DNA of 64,000 nt. It comes from a virus (Duplodnaviria; Heunggongvirae; Uroviricota; Caudoviricetes). The notes below the pieces were generated by a model, which was not told where the DNA came from, searched no databases, and saw only the letters and a list, made by a program, of their open reading frames with translations. Position 1 is the first letter of the stretch. Each line of letters opens with the position of its first letter. The translations under genes were made by a program, and so were the position numbers. The stretch lies in IMG/VR virus record IMGVR_UViG_3300044796_000394; one strand, given 5' to 3'. This document shows, one piece after another, positions 46,609-55,719 of the stretch.

Positions 46609-48014
46609 ATGTATCTGACATCATTAATAAGTTCAAAATTCAAAATGCCAAAACGAGACTGAGAATAGCAGTTATTGGTGATACGCTCGTTGATGAATAC
46701 CGTTACGGCCAAGTCAACCGGATTTCGCCCGAATTTCCCGTTCCGATATTAACTTCCGAGTCAGACGCCAAGGAATCTTGTCCCGGTGGCGCTGCGAATG
46801 TATGCCATCAAATGACACACATGAACGCCGAAGTCTTTCTCGTAGGCTTTGTGGACAATGTCACACGTAAATTGTACGGTCAGCAAACCTTCAATATTGA
46901 CTACTGCGTTGATTTGCCAAGCGGCTTTGTACCAATCAAAGTTCGATTTTATGAAGGCGACTTTCCTCTCCTGCGATGGGATATTGAAAGTCCTAACTAT
47001 GGCGAAAAAGATTTAAGTGAATTGAGACGAAAAATTCTCATTAATTTTGAATCTCTCATCAAAGAGGGATTGAGTGCGGTCATTATTAGTGATTATAATA
47101 AAGGCATCTTTGACGAAGCTACCGCTCGTTCTCTCATGCAATTATGTACTTATTACCGCATTCCTACTATCGTTGATCCCAAGAAACCACCAGTGAGCAA
47201 ATGGTTCGGGGCTACAGTCATTAAGCCAAATGCGGCTGAAGCCAAGACGCTAACTGGTGAATCTACTATTTCATCTCAATTGAGTAAATTATGTGAAAAT
47301 GCTCATACGAGTATGATCACCCAAGGCGGCGACGGTGTTATTTGCCAAATTGGAAAAGAAATTTTTGAATACATGTCCCCCGTACCACGATCTAAGGAGG
47401 TGAACAGTGTTATCGGGGCGGGGGACTGTTTTATAGCAATGTTAACTCTTGGGATGTCGCACGGTATGACAACTCAAGAAGCTGTAGCATTGGCATTTGA
47501 AGCCGGTGCTGTTTACGTTAAAGCAAGACATAATAAACCAATTCATCTTAATGAAATACTCGCAAGAGTTGATGTTGAAGGCTCTCGTATCGTCAAAGCC
47601 GAAGAGTTAAACTTTAACAAAAACGAACGTATTGTTTTCACAAATGGTTGTTTTGACGTTATTCATGCTGGTCACTTGGATACTTTGAAATTTGCCAAAT
47701 GTCAAGGTGATCGATTGATTGTCGGTGTTAATTCGGATGCTTCTGTCAAGCGACTTAAGGGTGATAAGCGACCCATTTATGGACAAGATGAACGTGCTAG
47801 ATTTTTAGCGTCAATGTATTTCGTAGATCATGTTGTGATTTTTGATGAAGATACACCAGCCGAATTGATTAATAAAATTCAGCCACACATTGTTGTTAAG
47901 GGCGGCGATTACTCTATTACGGATGTTGTTGCCGGTAATGCCAAAGTTGTTTTGTCGCCTCTCAGAAAAGGATACTCTTCAACTAATACAATTAATAAAC
48001 TATCTGACGACTAA
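46605..48014 (+). CDS. hldE: bifunctional D-beta-D-heptose 7-phosphate kinase / heptose 1-phosphate adenylyltransferase
   Basis: N-terminal pfkB/ribokinase-like domain (IAVIGDTLVDEY, GGAANV, GAGD). C-terminal cytidylyltransferase domain (VFTNGCFDVIHAGH, RLIVGVNSD). Confidence 0.8.
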   Translation: MNVSDIINKFKIQNAKTRLRIAVIGDTLVDEYRYGQVNRISPEFPVPILTSESDAKESCPGGAANVCHQMTHMNAEVFLVGFVDNVTRKLYGQQTFNIDYCVDLPSGFVPIKVRFYEGDFPLLRWDIESPNYGEKDLSELRRKILINFESLIKEGLSAVIISDYNKGIFDEATARSLMQLCTYYRIPTIVDPKKPPVSKWFGATVIKPNAAEAKTLTGESTISSQLSKLCENAHTSMITQGGDGVICQIGKEIFEYMSPVPRSKEVNSVIGAGDCFIAMLTLGMSHGMTTQEAVALAFEAGAVYVKARHNKPIHLNEILARVDVEGSRIVKAEELNFNKNERIVFTNGCFDVIHAGHLDTLKFAKCQGDRLIVGVNSDASVKRLKGDKRPIYGQDERARFLASMYFVDHVVIFDEDTPAELINKIQPHIVVKGGDYSITDVVAGNAKVVLSPLRKGYSSTNTINKLSDD

Positions 48015-48021
48015 ATAAGGT

Positions 48022-48306
48022 ATGTTCAAAAAATTCAAAGAATTCGTTTCACTAAAAGAGGCAATGGCTCCTCAAATGGGCCAACCGGGTCAAATGACTC
48101 CACAGACGCCAAATCCTGCCGCTAAAATGAACGTTCAAAACACTTTGAAGCAGGCGATGAATGTGCCGCCTCCGACTGGTATCAATCAATCAATATATAA
48201 GAACAAGTTGATGGCAGCTATGAAAATGTCTCAAACGAGCAATGTTCAAACACCTCAACAAGCGATAGATTTAGTTAATATTCAGCAGCGGGCGGCTCAG
48301 GCGTAA
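48022..48306 (+). CDS. small Q/P-rich protein with MFKKFKEFVSLKEA N-terminus
   Basis: 94-aa ORF. Confidence 0.45.
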   Translation: MFKKFKEFVSLKEAMAPQMGQPGQMTPQTPNPAAKMNVQNTLKQAMNVPPPTGINQSIYKNKLMAAMKMSQTSNVQTPQQAIDLVNIQQRAAQA

Positions 48307-48586
48307 ATCTCTCGGTTTCATCAATCCAATATTCTTTATCGTTCATCCATAAATGAACAATCCAATGACCTTTAGTAGAAAAATATTTGCGGTCGACTTT
48401 AATGTTTTCCGAATGTATACTACGATGACAATTACAGCACACGGTAATTACGTTACTTGAGTGGTAAGTTCCACCTTCAACAATACGGTGAGCATCAAGT
48501 AGCTTGTAATTGTGTTCATCACAAAGCAGACATTTCCCGTCTATTCTTTTTTTGATCTGTTGGCGAGAGTATTTTTTCTTTTTCAC
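48275..48586 (-). CDS. HNH endonuclease
   Basis: CLLCDEH...DAHRIVEGG...VCCNCH. Confidence 0.75.
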   Translation of the reverse strand: MKKKKYSRQQIKKRIDGKCLLCDEHNYKLLDAHRIVEGGTYHSSNVITVCCNCHRSIHSENIKVDRKYFSTKGHWIVHLWMNDKEYWIDETERFTPEPPAAEY

Positions 48587-48640
48587 TTATTAAGAGAGTG
48601 ACCTTTCTATGATAATGTTGAAAATAACTCACAGGAATTA

Positions 48641-48937
48641 ATGATGATTAAAGTTACAGGTGTTAGAGCTTCTGGATATTCTTTCATTGTGGAATTACTT
48701 AACGAACAAGAACTTGCAGCCGGTCATTCCGTCTTGAGTATTCGTGATCGAGAAAGTAATCACGGGATTATCAAGAGCGTCGGCCCACTCGTTCAAAAAG
48801 AAGCAGGTATTAAAGAAGGCGACATCGTTCTTCTCCAAAGTCAATTCGTACCGGTTCCAAATCCAACGAATTCCAAGCGAAAGTGGGGTTCAGTTGAACT
48901 CCATGCGATCAAGGCAATCTTAACCACCGAGGAATAA
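48641..48937 (+). CDS. GroES / T4 gp31-like co-chaperonin (tentative)
   Basis: 98 aa with GroES-like blocks (IKV.G.R, GIIKSVGP, IKEGDIVLLQ, acidic C-terminus). Confidence 0.35.
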   Translation: MMIKVTGVRASGYSFIVELLNEQELAAGHSVLSIRDRESNHGIIKSVGPLVQKEAGIKEGDIVLLQSQFVPVPNPTNSKRKWGSVELHAIKAILTTEE

Positions 48938-49287
48938 TGTCGCAAATTTTAGATTTAGTCGTCAGTCAAGTATCTGATGCCCTTCAAGTAGAAAAAGTTG
49001 ATAAGAAAATCGCTGTTGATCCTATGATGATTGATGTAATCCTTCAAATCATTTTGGCAGCGATTCAGGCTTATCAAAAGTGTCAGCAACCACCCGCACA
49101 AGTAGTAGCAGATTTGAAATCTCTTAATTTGATGCGAAGATGGCAACTAAGACGTTTGATTTTACAACATATTAATGATGGTGAAGTTTCACTCAAATTG
49201 GGATCGCAAGTATTCACCGCTATCTCAAAAGTAGGCGCAACACTTACCGAAGAAAGCGTCAATAAGATGTTTTCAGAAGTTCATTGA
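48937..49287 (+). CDS. hypothetical protein
   Basis: 116-aa ORF with ATGA coupling. Confidence 0.45.
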   Translation: MSQILDLVVSQVSDALQVEKVDKKIAVDPMMIDVILQIILAAIQAYQKCQQPPAQVVADLKSLNLMRRWQLRRLILQHINDGEVSLKLGSQVFTAISKVGATLTEESVNKMFSEVH

Positions 49288-49293
49288 AAAACA

Positions 49294-49319
49294 AAAACCG
49301 GGCAAAGCCCGGTTTTTTA
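49294..49319. terminator. bidirectional rho-independent terminator
   Basis: ccgggc-aaa-gcccgg hairpin flanked by A5 and T6 runs, between convergent genes. Confidence 0.7.
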
Positions 49320-49321
49320 CT

Positions 49322-49762
49322 TTAACTACCACTATCGCTACTACTGTCCATATTCATATCAAATGGCGGCGAATAAAAGTTCAACAATACCGTACCAGTC
49401 TTTGAAAGGTTGGTGAGTTGATGGATCGCCTCACCATCCAATCCTGAAATATCACCCTTGCGAAGATAATGCTGGTGATAGAATGACAACTCGCCCGGAT
49501 CTTCTTCTTTATAAAGCGTTTCCAGCAACTTGCCATTAACTACACGGATCACACAATTGCTACCTTGGTGATTGTGTACCGAACTTGTTTGGCCTTCTCG
49601 GAAGCAAATCAAAACGATTTCCATGTCGTCGTCACGAGAGATAGAAACTCTCGTATAAGGTTCGTCGCCGAAACTTACCGGCAAGTTCTTTAACTTGAAT
49701 TGGTAATTATAGGCAAAATTGGTCAGGGCTGATAGGTCGTAACTCATGTTATTAAATAGCAA
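49322..49762 (-). CDS. cupin, cysteine-dioxygenase type-I-like
   Basis: VLICFREGQTSSVHNHQGSNCVIRVVNGKLLE matches the CDO core (H.H...C...G.L.E). Ser-rich C-terminus. Confidence 0.55.
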   Translation of the reverse strand: MLFNNMSYDLSALTNFAYNYQFKLKNLPVSFGDEPYTRVSISRDDDMEIVLICFREGQTSSVHNHQGSNCVIRVVNGKLLETLYKEEDPGELSFYHQHYLRKGDISGLDGEAIHQLTNLSKTGTVLLNFYSPPFDMNMDSSSDSGS

Positions 49763-51427
49763 TTACCAACCAAATTCCTGTAAAAGTTTATGATGTGGTC
49801 TTTGTGTGTCGAACATCATTCTTGGCAACAAGTCAACATCTGGATCTAGATTGGCCAACAAATCGCCCGTTTCAATACCAGCTTCCAATTCTTTCCACAA
49901 TGCCTTAACGTCGTCACCCGAAAAACTCTTGTGAATGATATTAGCATCAGGCGTAGCACCGATTGGCATTTCCCGGTTCAAAACGTCAGAGATGTACAAT
50001 GCTATACTGAGGCAAATCACCAAGTCGTCATGCTTGTTCTTTTGTGCTTCGGCTCTTTGCTTTTCTTGATTGTAAATGAATGTTAACAATTCCCGAATAA
50101 TACGAACGCTTCGAATCTTGACAAGACGATTCAACATACACGTTTGTAATGCTTCCATACAAACTGGACGCAATACTTTATTCATGTTAACGCCGGGACG
50201 ATCTCTAGTTGCCCCTTGCGTAAAGTAAAGGTTGTCATAACTCAATGAGTGTTCAAGTCGTTCACAAACAGCTTGGCCCGGTCCCATTGAGTTTTCCACA
50301 ATAATCAAAGCATTGTTATAAAGTTTTCCCACATGCGCCAAAACTTGACTGAACTTATATGTCGGAATTGTCTTGGAATAAAATTCAGCCACTTGCGTTA
50401 ACGTGGAAATGTCCATGACAATAAAGGCGCAGTTATCGCCTTCTTGTCCAACACCCATAGCGGCATCGGCAGTAATGAGATATTCACGACCGGATTTAGG
50501 CATTTCCCAAACCCACATCGCACCGGGTTCGTATTTTGCATTCGGAAGTTCGTCTTCTTTGAAGCTTTCTTCGGGGATGATGTCCCATTCACCCATCATC
50601 TTTTTAATTGGATTAGAGCATTGTTTTTCAAATTCTTTGATAACTTCACCGGGAATGTAAGTATCACCGGAGCCGAGGAATGAACCTTCGTATTCCTGTG
50701 CGAAGCCTTTTTCGCCGATGTTAGCTCGTGTTCGCTTTTCCCATTCGGCATTGTTATAGTCGGGGTGTTCATGCCAGTCAATATGTACAACAAAAAACTG
50801 ACTTCTCTTGTCAATAGCCTTTTGGTATTGTTCGTAGTACCAACCACCGACGCCACCGATACCGTTAACCGTGGAGATGATAATAGCATTACCACCGGTT
50901 GAGAGCGTAGGATACATGCTCTTCCAGTGTTCTTCCATACCTTGAACGAACGCCGCTTCATCGATAATTAGATAAGTTAAAGCACGGGAACGAGCAGCGG
51001 CAGGAGTATAGAACCACATAACCGAACGAGTTTCAGCAAACTCTTTTTCGTGGTCGTTATCGTTGTTCATTTCCGGACGAAGCCATTCCGGAAGTTCATT
51101 CTTGGCATTAGCTACCGTTTTACCTACAGCTTTAGCTTCACGGTCAGTTTTAGAAGCAATGAGAATACGCTGATCGGTGTAGAAAATGCACTTCCATAAC
51201 ATCCACATAGATGTTACAGTGGTCAGACCGGCTTGACGGAATTTCTTAACAATGCTAAACTGATTAGATTCAAAGTCAGAGATAACTCGATTTTGGAAGT
51301 CGTATAGAACGAATGGTACCAAACCCTTTTTCGGGTGGGTAATCTGTAAGTACTTCTCAGAAAAGTACTTGAAACTATTTCGACATCTGATAAACTCTCT
51401 AAGTTGCTCGTCATTTAATTGGCCCAT
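49763..51427 (-). CDS. terminase large subunit (T4 gp17-like)
   Basis: FRQAGLTTVTS Walker A-like block, IIDEAAF Walker B, and a C-terminal nuclease-sized region. 554 aa. Confidence 0.85.
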   Translation of the reverse strand: MGQLNDEQLREFIRCRNSFKYFSEKYLQITHPKKGLVPFVLYDFQNRVISDFESNQFSIVKKFRQAGLTTVTSMWMLWKCIFYTDQRILIASKTDREAKAVGKTVANAKNELPEWLRPEMNNDNDHEKEFAETRSVMWFYTPAAARSRALTYLIIDEAAFVQGMEEHWKSMYPTLSTGGNAIIISTVNGIGGVGGWYYEQYQKAIDKRSQFFVVHIDWHEHPDYNNAEWEKRTRANIGEKGFAQEYEGSFLGSGDTYIPGEVIKEFEKQCSNPIKKMMGEWDIIPEESFKEDELPNAKYEPGAMWVWEMPKSGREYLITADAAMGVGQEGDNCAFIVMDISTLTQVAEFYSKTIPTYKFSQVLAHVGKLYNNALIIVENSMGPGQAVCERLEHSLSYDNLYFTQGATRDRPGVNMNKVLRPVCMEALQTCMLNRLVKIRSVRIIRELLTFIYNQEKQRAEAQKNKHDDLVICLSIALYISDVLNREMPIGATPDANIIHKSFSGDDVKALWKELEAGIETGDLLANLDPDVDLLPRMMFDTQRPHHKLLQEFGW

Positions 51428-51474
51428 GTTAAGTATGTAGTGGCTTCATTTGCTAAATTACCAAGGGTCTTACC

Positions 51475-51795
51475 ATGCGACGACGCCTTAGAAAACTCAT
51501 TGTGTTTGTCATGGAAGCTGCCATGCTCGGAATGCTGGCATCGCAGATAGTTAATATCGGCTCAGGTGAAGCGACAATGTCTGTCATACTTGGCGACATA
51601 TTGAGCTGTGTAGTATTGGCATTTTTCTTGTACCTATTTACTGTGTTTGAAGTGGCAGAATACAAAGAGGTTTTCGCCTTATCATATTGGAGAAGAAAAG
51701 TTCGTTGGATTTGGCCTATAAAGCCAAAGGTTTATCCGCATAATATCAATGACATCGTTGCTGACGATTATCGTCGTCAATTAAATCGCAGATAA
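51475..51795 (+). CDS. membrane protein
   Basis: Transmembrane segments AAMLGMLASQIV and ILSCVVLAFFLYLFTVF. Confidence 0.45.
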   Translation: MRRRLRKLIVFVMEAAMLGMLASQIVNIGSGEATMSVILGDILSCVVLAFFLYLFTVFEVAEYKEVFALSYWRRKVRWIWPIKPKVYPHNINDIVADDYRRQLNRR

Positions 51796-51798
51796 AAA

Positions 51799-52200
51799 AT
51801 GTCCAAACCCGACAAGAAATGTACTTGGTGTACCCTAGAGCATCCGCTTTCACAAGGCAGAATGCGAAATGGGGATTGGGTCTGTTACACATGCTTTCCC
51901 CAAGATGCCGGGTTTATAACCTGTGTACGTAAGTGCGATATTTGTGGAAACAAAGCAAATCAAGGAACGGTAGCAGGTAGAAATTTCTTTTGTGTTAATT
52001 GTAGTGGTCAACCACTTTACTCAAATCACAAACACACAAACGCCAAGAAAAAGAGCCGCAAAGGTTGGTATCAGCCTTCGCAACCCGAACCAGAAGTCTA
52101 CAAAAAAGGCCGCAAAAACAAACAAGAATATCACGAACCACCAGTCAAAATTGAGCGGTGGAAAGTTCTGATTGAAGACATTACAACGGGCGAACTATAA
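51799..52200 (+). CDS. zinc-ribbon protein
   Basis: CTWC, CYTCF, CDICG and CVNC pairs. Confidence 0.5.
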   Translation: MSKPDKKCTWCTLEHPLSQGRMRNGDWVCYTCFPQDAGFITCVRKCDICGNKANQGTVAGRNFFCVNCSGQPLYSNHKHTNAKKKSRKGWYQPSQPEPEVYKKGRKNKQEYHEPPVKIERWKVLIEDITTGEL

Positions 52201-52206
52201 GTTAAT

Positions 52207-53007
52207 ATGAAAAAAATTAGACCTGTTTTCAAAGTGCATGGCGGCAAGTATTACATAAGCGATTTTGTTATCGCTCATTTCCCACAAAACTTTCACAAGT
52301 ACGTAGAAGGTTGCGGCGGTGCTGCTTCTGTTCTACTGAATAAGCCTCAATCTCTCATTGAGGTTTATAATGATGCCGATCCTGCCATTGCCAACATATT
52401 TCATCACCTCAAAGAAAATCCCGAAGCATTTTTGGCTTTAATACAAGGTATTGAATACGCCGAAGCATCTTTTGATAATGCCAAAATCCATTGCCATGAA
52501 CCGGGTTTGATTGGCGCAGTATCCGAATTAGTTGTACGACGTATGAGTCGTGGCGGATTGAGAAAAGCCTTTAGTTGGTCAGAACGACTACGAGGTGGAA
52601 GGCCCGGAGATTTGAATGCGTGGGAGACATACAAAGAACATTTGCCGTTAATTATTAATAGACTTCATAATGTTCAAGTAGAAAACAAACCGGTAGCTGA
52701 GTTGATAGCAGCTCACGATGCTCCTGATACATTCTTCTATGTCGATCCGCCTTATCTGCCATCAACCAGACAATCCAACAACGTTTATTCCGTGGAAATG
52801 ACCGAAGAACAGCATATTGAATTACTCAAGATTGCTAACGACATACAAGGTAGGATACTCATCAGTGGATACCCTTCACCACTGTATGAAAAATACTTAA
52901 AGGGATGGAAGATGAATTGTCGTCCTATTGCCAATCATTCTTCACAGTCAAAACAAAAAGAAAAAAGAATTGAAGTCTTGTGGATGAACTACAAATTGGA
53001 GAAATGA
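52207..53007 (+). CDS. dam: DNA adenine methyltransferase (Dam, D12 class)
   Basis: VHGGKYY N-terminus, FFYVDPPYL (DPPY catalytic motif), and Dam-like length. Confidence 0.85.
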   Translation: MKKIRPVFKVHGGKYYISDFVIAHFPQNFHKYVEGCGGAASVLLNKPQSLIEVYNDADPAIANIFHHLKENPEAFLALIQGIEYAEASFDNAKIHCHEPGLIGAVSELVVRRMSRGGLRKAFSWSERLRGGRPGDLNAWETYKEHLPLIINRLHNVQVENKPVAELIAAHDAPDTFFYVDPPYLPSTRQSNNVYSVEMTEEQHIELLKIANDIQGRILISGYPSPLYEKYLKGWKMNCRPIANHSSQSKQKEKRIEVLWMNYKLEK

Positions 53008-53588
53008 TGAAAATAAATTTAGCAAAATTTGGCTTTGACAATGAAGTGGAAATCATTGGCACTTTAGAAAAAGAACATTGTATTGATAATCAACCATTGG
53101 TCATTGTATTTGGCGAAAATCATAAGAATGAAATGATTCTCAAAAACGCCAAAGATGCTATTGCTTTTTGTGATTGTAATATAATTGGGTGTATTGGAAC
53201 AGAGCCTCAGTTCAGTATTCTTTCACGTTATAATTTTGCTACCGAATTAAAAAAACTTCACCCGAAAATTAACCTCGTATGTGTTGAAGATGAAAACTTA
53301 CTTAAAGAAACAGAAATCGTTCAACCGAAATATAATGATTATGAGTTTTGGGTCGGAGAAGGCAAGACGATTGAGCACCCTTTTCCAAAATATCCAAAAA
53401 GAAATCAACATCCTAATACCTTAAAACGAGAAAAGCGATTTTTGGAAATTCTTTTTGACCATTGGGATAAAGAAAAAATAGCTATTTTAAATTTAGGAAG
53501 AGATCACGTTTTGCCTATTTTGGATGATCTTGTAATAAAAAAATGTAATTATATTTACATAAGACATGATGATGAAGATGGTTTATAA
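53004..53588 (+). CDS. hypothetical protein
   Basis: ATGA-coupled to dam. 194 aa. Confidence 0.45.
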   Translation: MMKINLAKFGFDNEVEIIGTLEKEHCIDNQPLVIVFGENHKNEMILKNAKDAIAFCDCNIIGCIGTEPQFSILSRYNFATELKKLHPKINLVCVEDENLLKETEIVQPKYNDYEFWVGEGKTIEHPFPKYPKRNQHPNTLKREKRFLEILFDHWDKEKIAILNLGRDHVLPILDDLVIKKCNYIYIRHDDEDGL

Positions 53589-54449
53589 AAATAATTTTCT
53601 CTTTGAGTTGTGTTTGCGTCTTACAGCCAATTCCGTACGCACCAAACTAGCGGGGTCTTTGAGCGGGTGAACTATGGAGGCTTCGGGATAAATCTCCCCG
53701 GAGGCGATGTCTGGTGCGTTGCGAATGGGGTATTTGCGGAACTTCCCCCGCCAAGTATCATGATCTTTTCCGGCATAATAAACTTTAGAGTCTGTTCGGG
53801 TAGATTGGTGGTCACTTTGATCGCCATATTTCCAACAAGAAAGTTCGTAGAGGTTGCCGCCTAGACTGGTTGCCAGAGTAGGCCATAGTTCCTCTTCAAA
53901 TGCCCATCGGTTGTATCCGGGGAATTTGCCCTTTTCGTAATCTTTGGTTGCTTCTAGGAACTTGTCGAAAAAGTTAATTTCAGCCAATTTGCGAACGAAT
54001 GAACCCCTGTGAAAATGGCAACAACCTAAGAAGTAATAAGAGAATTTAGGAATTGGCAAGTTGATGATGTTGAACAGTTCGGGAAATTCAAAGGTAAATC
54101 GACGGAGATCAACGCCGACAAGCCAAGCGTTTCGTTCTTCTGCCGATTTGAGTTCTTCTTTGAATTTGTCAGAAACAAAAACGCAGTCGTATTCTGTGTA
54201 GAGGTACCAATCAGAGTCCGGCCATCGTTCGTATAATCGTTTGAGTCCAAGTGCGTAGTTTCTATATGGACTTCTTTTGTGTGCGTGGTAAAAGCCTTTT
54301 TCGGCATTGGGAAAATTTTGAAATTGATCCCAACCCGCTGCGTCCACAAGAGTCATAACACGATCACCCGTAAATTCACGGATTGAATTAACGGTATCCT
54401 TAGTTAATTTAGGATATGCATGAGTCAGAACTACGCTGGATATTTTCAT
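53583..54449 (-). CDS. putative glycosyltransferase (GT-A-like), tentative
   Basis: 288 aa with an N-terminal Rossmann-like beta-alpha pattern and an acidic EYD patch. Weak call. Confidence 0.3.
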   Translation of the reverse strand: MKISSVVLTHAYPKLTKDTVNSIREFTGDRVMTLVDAAGWDQFQNFPNAEKGFYHAHKRSPYRNYALGLKRLYERWPDSDWYLYTEYDCVFVSDKFKEELKSAEERNAWLVGVDLRRFTFEFPELFNIINLPIPKFSYYFLGCCHFHRGSFVRKLAEINFFDKFLEATKDYEKGKFPGYNRWAFEEELWPTLATSLGGNLYELSCWKYGDQSDHQSTRTDSKVYYAGKDHDTWRGKFRKYPIRNAPDIASGEIYPEASIVHPLKDPASLVRTELAVRRKHNSKRKLFL

Positions 54450-54682
54450 TTAGTTGTCGAGTCAGTGACGCCTTCCCAAATGAGTTTACCGCCCGGCGTT
54501 GAACACAACGGATTATGACAGCGGTACTCCCAAGGTCCGTAGCCTCCGGCCCAAAACATGGCACCTTCCCATTGCTTGCCGCATTCGTAGCACAATGGCC
54601 ATACTTTGCCTTGATTCGGCTGTTGGACACCTGTATAATCGACGTAAAAGTAACAGCAATCATTCATTTTGGAACTTCCCAT
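54446..54682 (-). CDS. small Cys/Trp-rich zinc-binding protein
   Basis: CCYFY, CYEC, C..C. Confidence 0.4.
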   Translation of the reverse strand: MGSSKMNDCCYFYVDYTGVQQPNQGKVWPLCYECGKQWEGAMFWAGGYGPWEYRCHNPLCSTPGGKLIWEGVTDSTTK

Positions 54683-54707
54683 TATGGTCTAACTACATAA
54701 AGTAGTT

Positions 54708-54974
54708 ATGAAAAAAAATCACGAACAAGTAGAATTGCTGATTCGCAATGCGATAGCAGCCTGTGGATATGATGCGGCATTTTCTGAGACTAAACGTTAT
54801 TTATCTGCCGCATTACAATCTACTCAAAAAGTTTCCAAAAAACGCTCACGTTCAGTAGCGAATGAGAAACATAATCAAGAAGTAAAGACCTACCAAGAAA
54901 AGTGGTGGGAAATGATTAAACGTAATAATGCCAATTACAAAGTTGAAGATGTTAATTATAAGGAAAACCAATGA
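54708..54974 (+). CDS. hypothetical protein
   Basis: 88-aa ORF. Confidence 0.45.
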   Translation: MKKNHEQVELLIRNAIAACGYDAAFSETKRYLSAALQSTQKVSKKRSRSVANEKHNQEVKTYQEKWWEMIKRNNANYKVEDVNYKENQ

Positions 54975-55423
54975 CTATTGATGAATTTGTTGATGAAATG
55001 CAGGGCGACCTAGTAAACGAATACACTCATATGCTTTTTTATATGCATGCGAGTTTTACCTTAAACGGCTACGAAAGAATGTTTGCCGTTCCTTGGCTGA
55101 CGGCACAATCCAATGAGGAAATGGGTCACGTTCGCCAATTCGCAGAAAAGATCAGGGCTTTCGGTAAAATGCCTACTCACGCCAATGGTAAAGGCTATCA
55201 AGGCGGTGAGTATTCCTTTACGACCCTCAAAGAAATTTTAGAATTCGCTCTTGCTTTAGAGAAGACGGTTATTGAAAATTATCACAAGAGATTGGGACAA
55301 GCACAAAAATTATTTGAAAAAACTGGCAAGTATTACGATTTGGTTATTTTCTACGAAGAACATATTGAACATTCTCAACATGACGTTGATGAAATAGTCA
55401 AAATGTTGTCTTCCACACGGTAA
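54971..55423 (+). CDS. ferritin-like diiron-carboxylate protein
   Basis: Two E-x-x-H motifs (NEYTHM and EEMGHV) spaced as in ferritin/Dps/rubrerythrin four-helix bundles. Confidence 0.5.
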   Translation: MTIDEFVDEMQGDLVNEYTHMLFYMHASFTLNGYERMFAVPWLTAQSNEEMGHVRQFAEKIRAFGKMPTHANGKGYQGGEYSFTTLKEILEFALALEKTVIENYHKRLGQAQKLFEKTGKYYDLVIFYEEHIEHSQHDVDEIVKMLSSTR

Positions 55424-55424
55424 G

Positions 55425-55457
55425 TAAAAAAGCCACTCAGATGAGTGGCTTTTTTGT
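55425..55457. terminator. bidirectional rho-independent terminator
   Basis: agccactc-agat-gagtggct hairpin plus a T6 run. Confidence 0.7.
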
Positions 55458-55706
55458 TTAACCTAATGCTGTATCCCCTAACGTAAACGGCAAAACCGCA
55501 CCTTCTTCCATAGAAAGTGAAGATGAAGACGAAGAGGAGGAGGAGGAGGAGGAGGAACAAGGGTCATCATCTATAACATAATCAATACTATTAGTATTAT
55601 TAGTTGTTGCTGCTGTTTGAAAAGCGCCAACTAATCTACGCAAGCTGTAATTTGGATGCACTAGCGATTTGATTTTTCGTAATTCGATAAGGGTTGGGTT
55701 AGACAT
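55458..55706 (-). CDS. small protein with internal Ser13 tract
   Basis: DDDPCSSSSSSSSSSSSSLSMEEG encoded by a (GAG)n run on the + strand. Confidence 0.45.
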   Translation of the reverse strand: MSNPTLIELRKIKSLVHPNYSLRRLVGAFQTAATTNNTNSIDYVIDDDPCSSSSSSSSSSSSSLSMEEGAVLPFTLGDTALG

Positions 55707-55719
55707 ATTGTATACTTAT

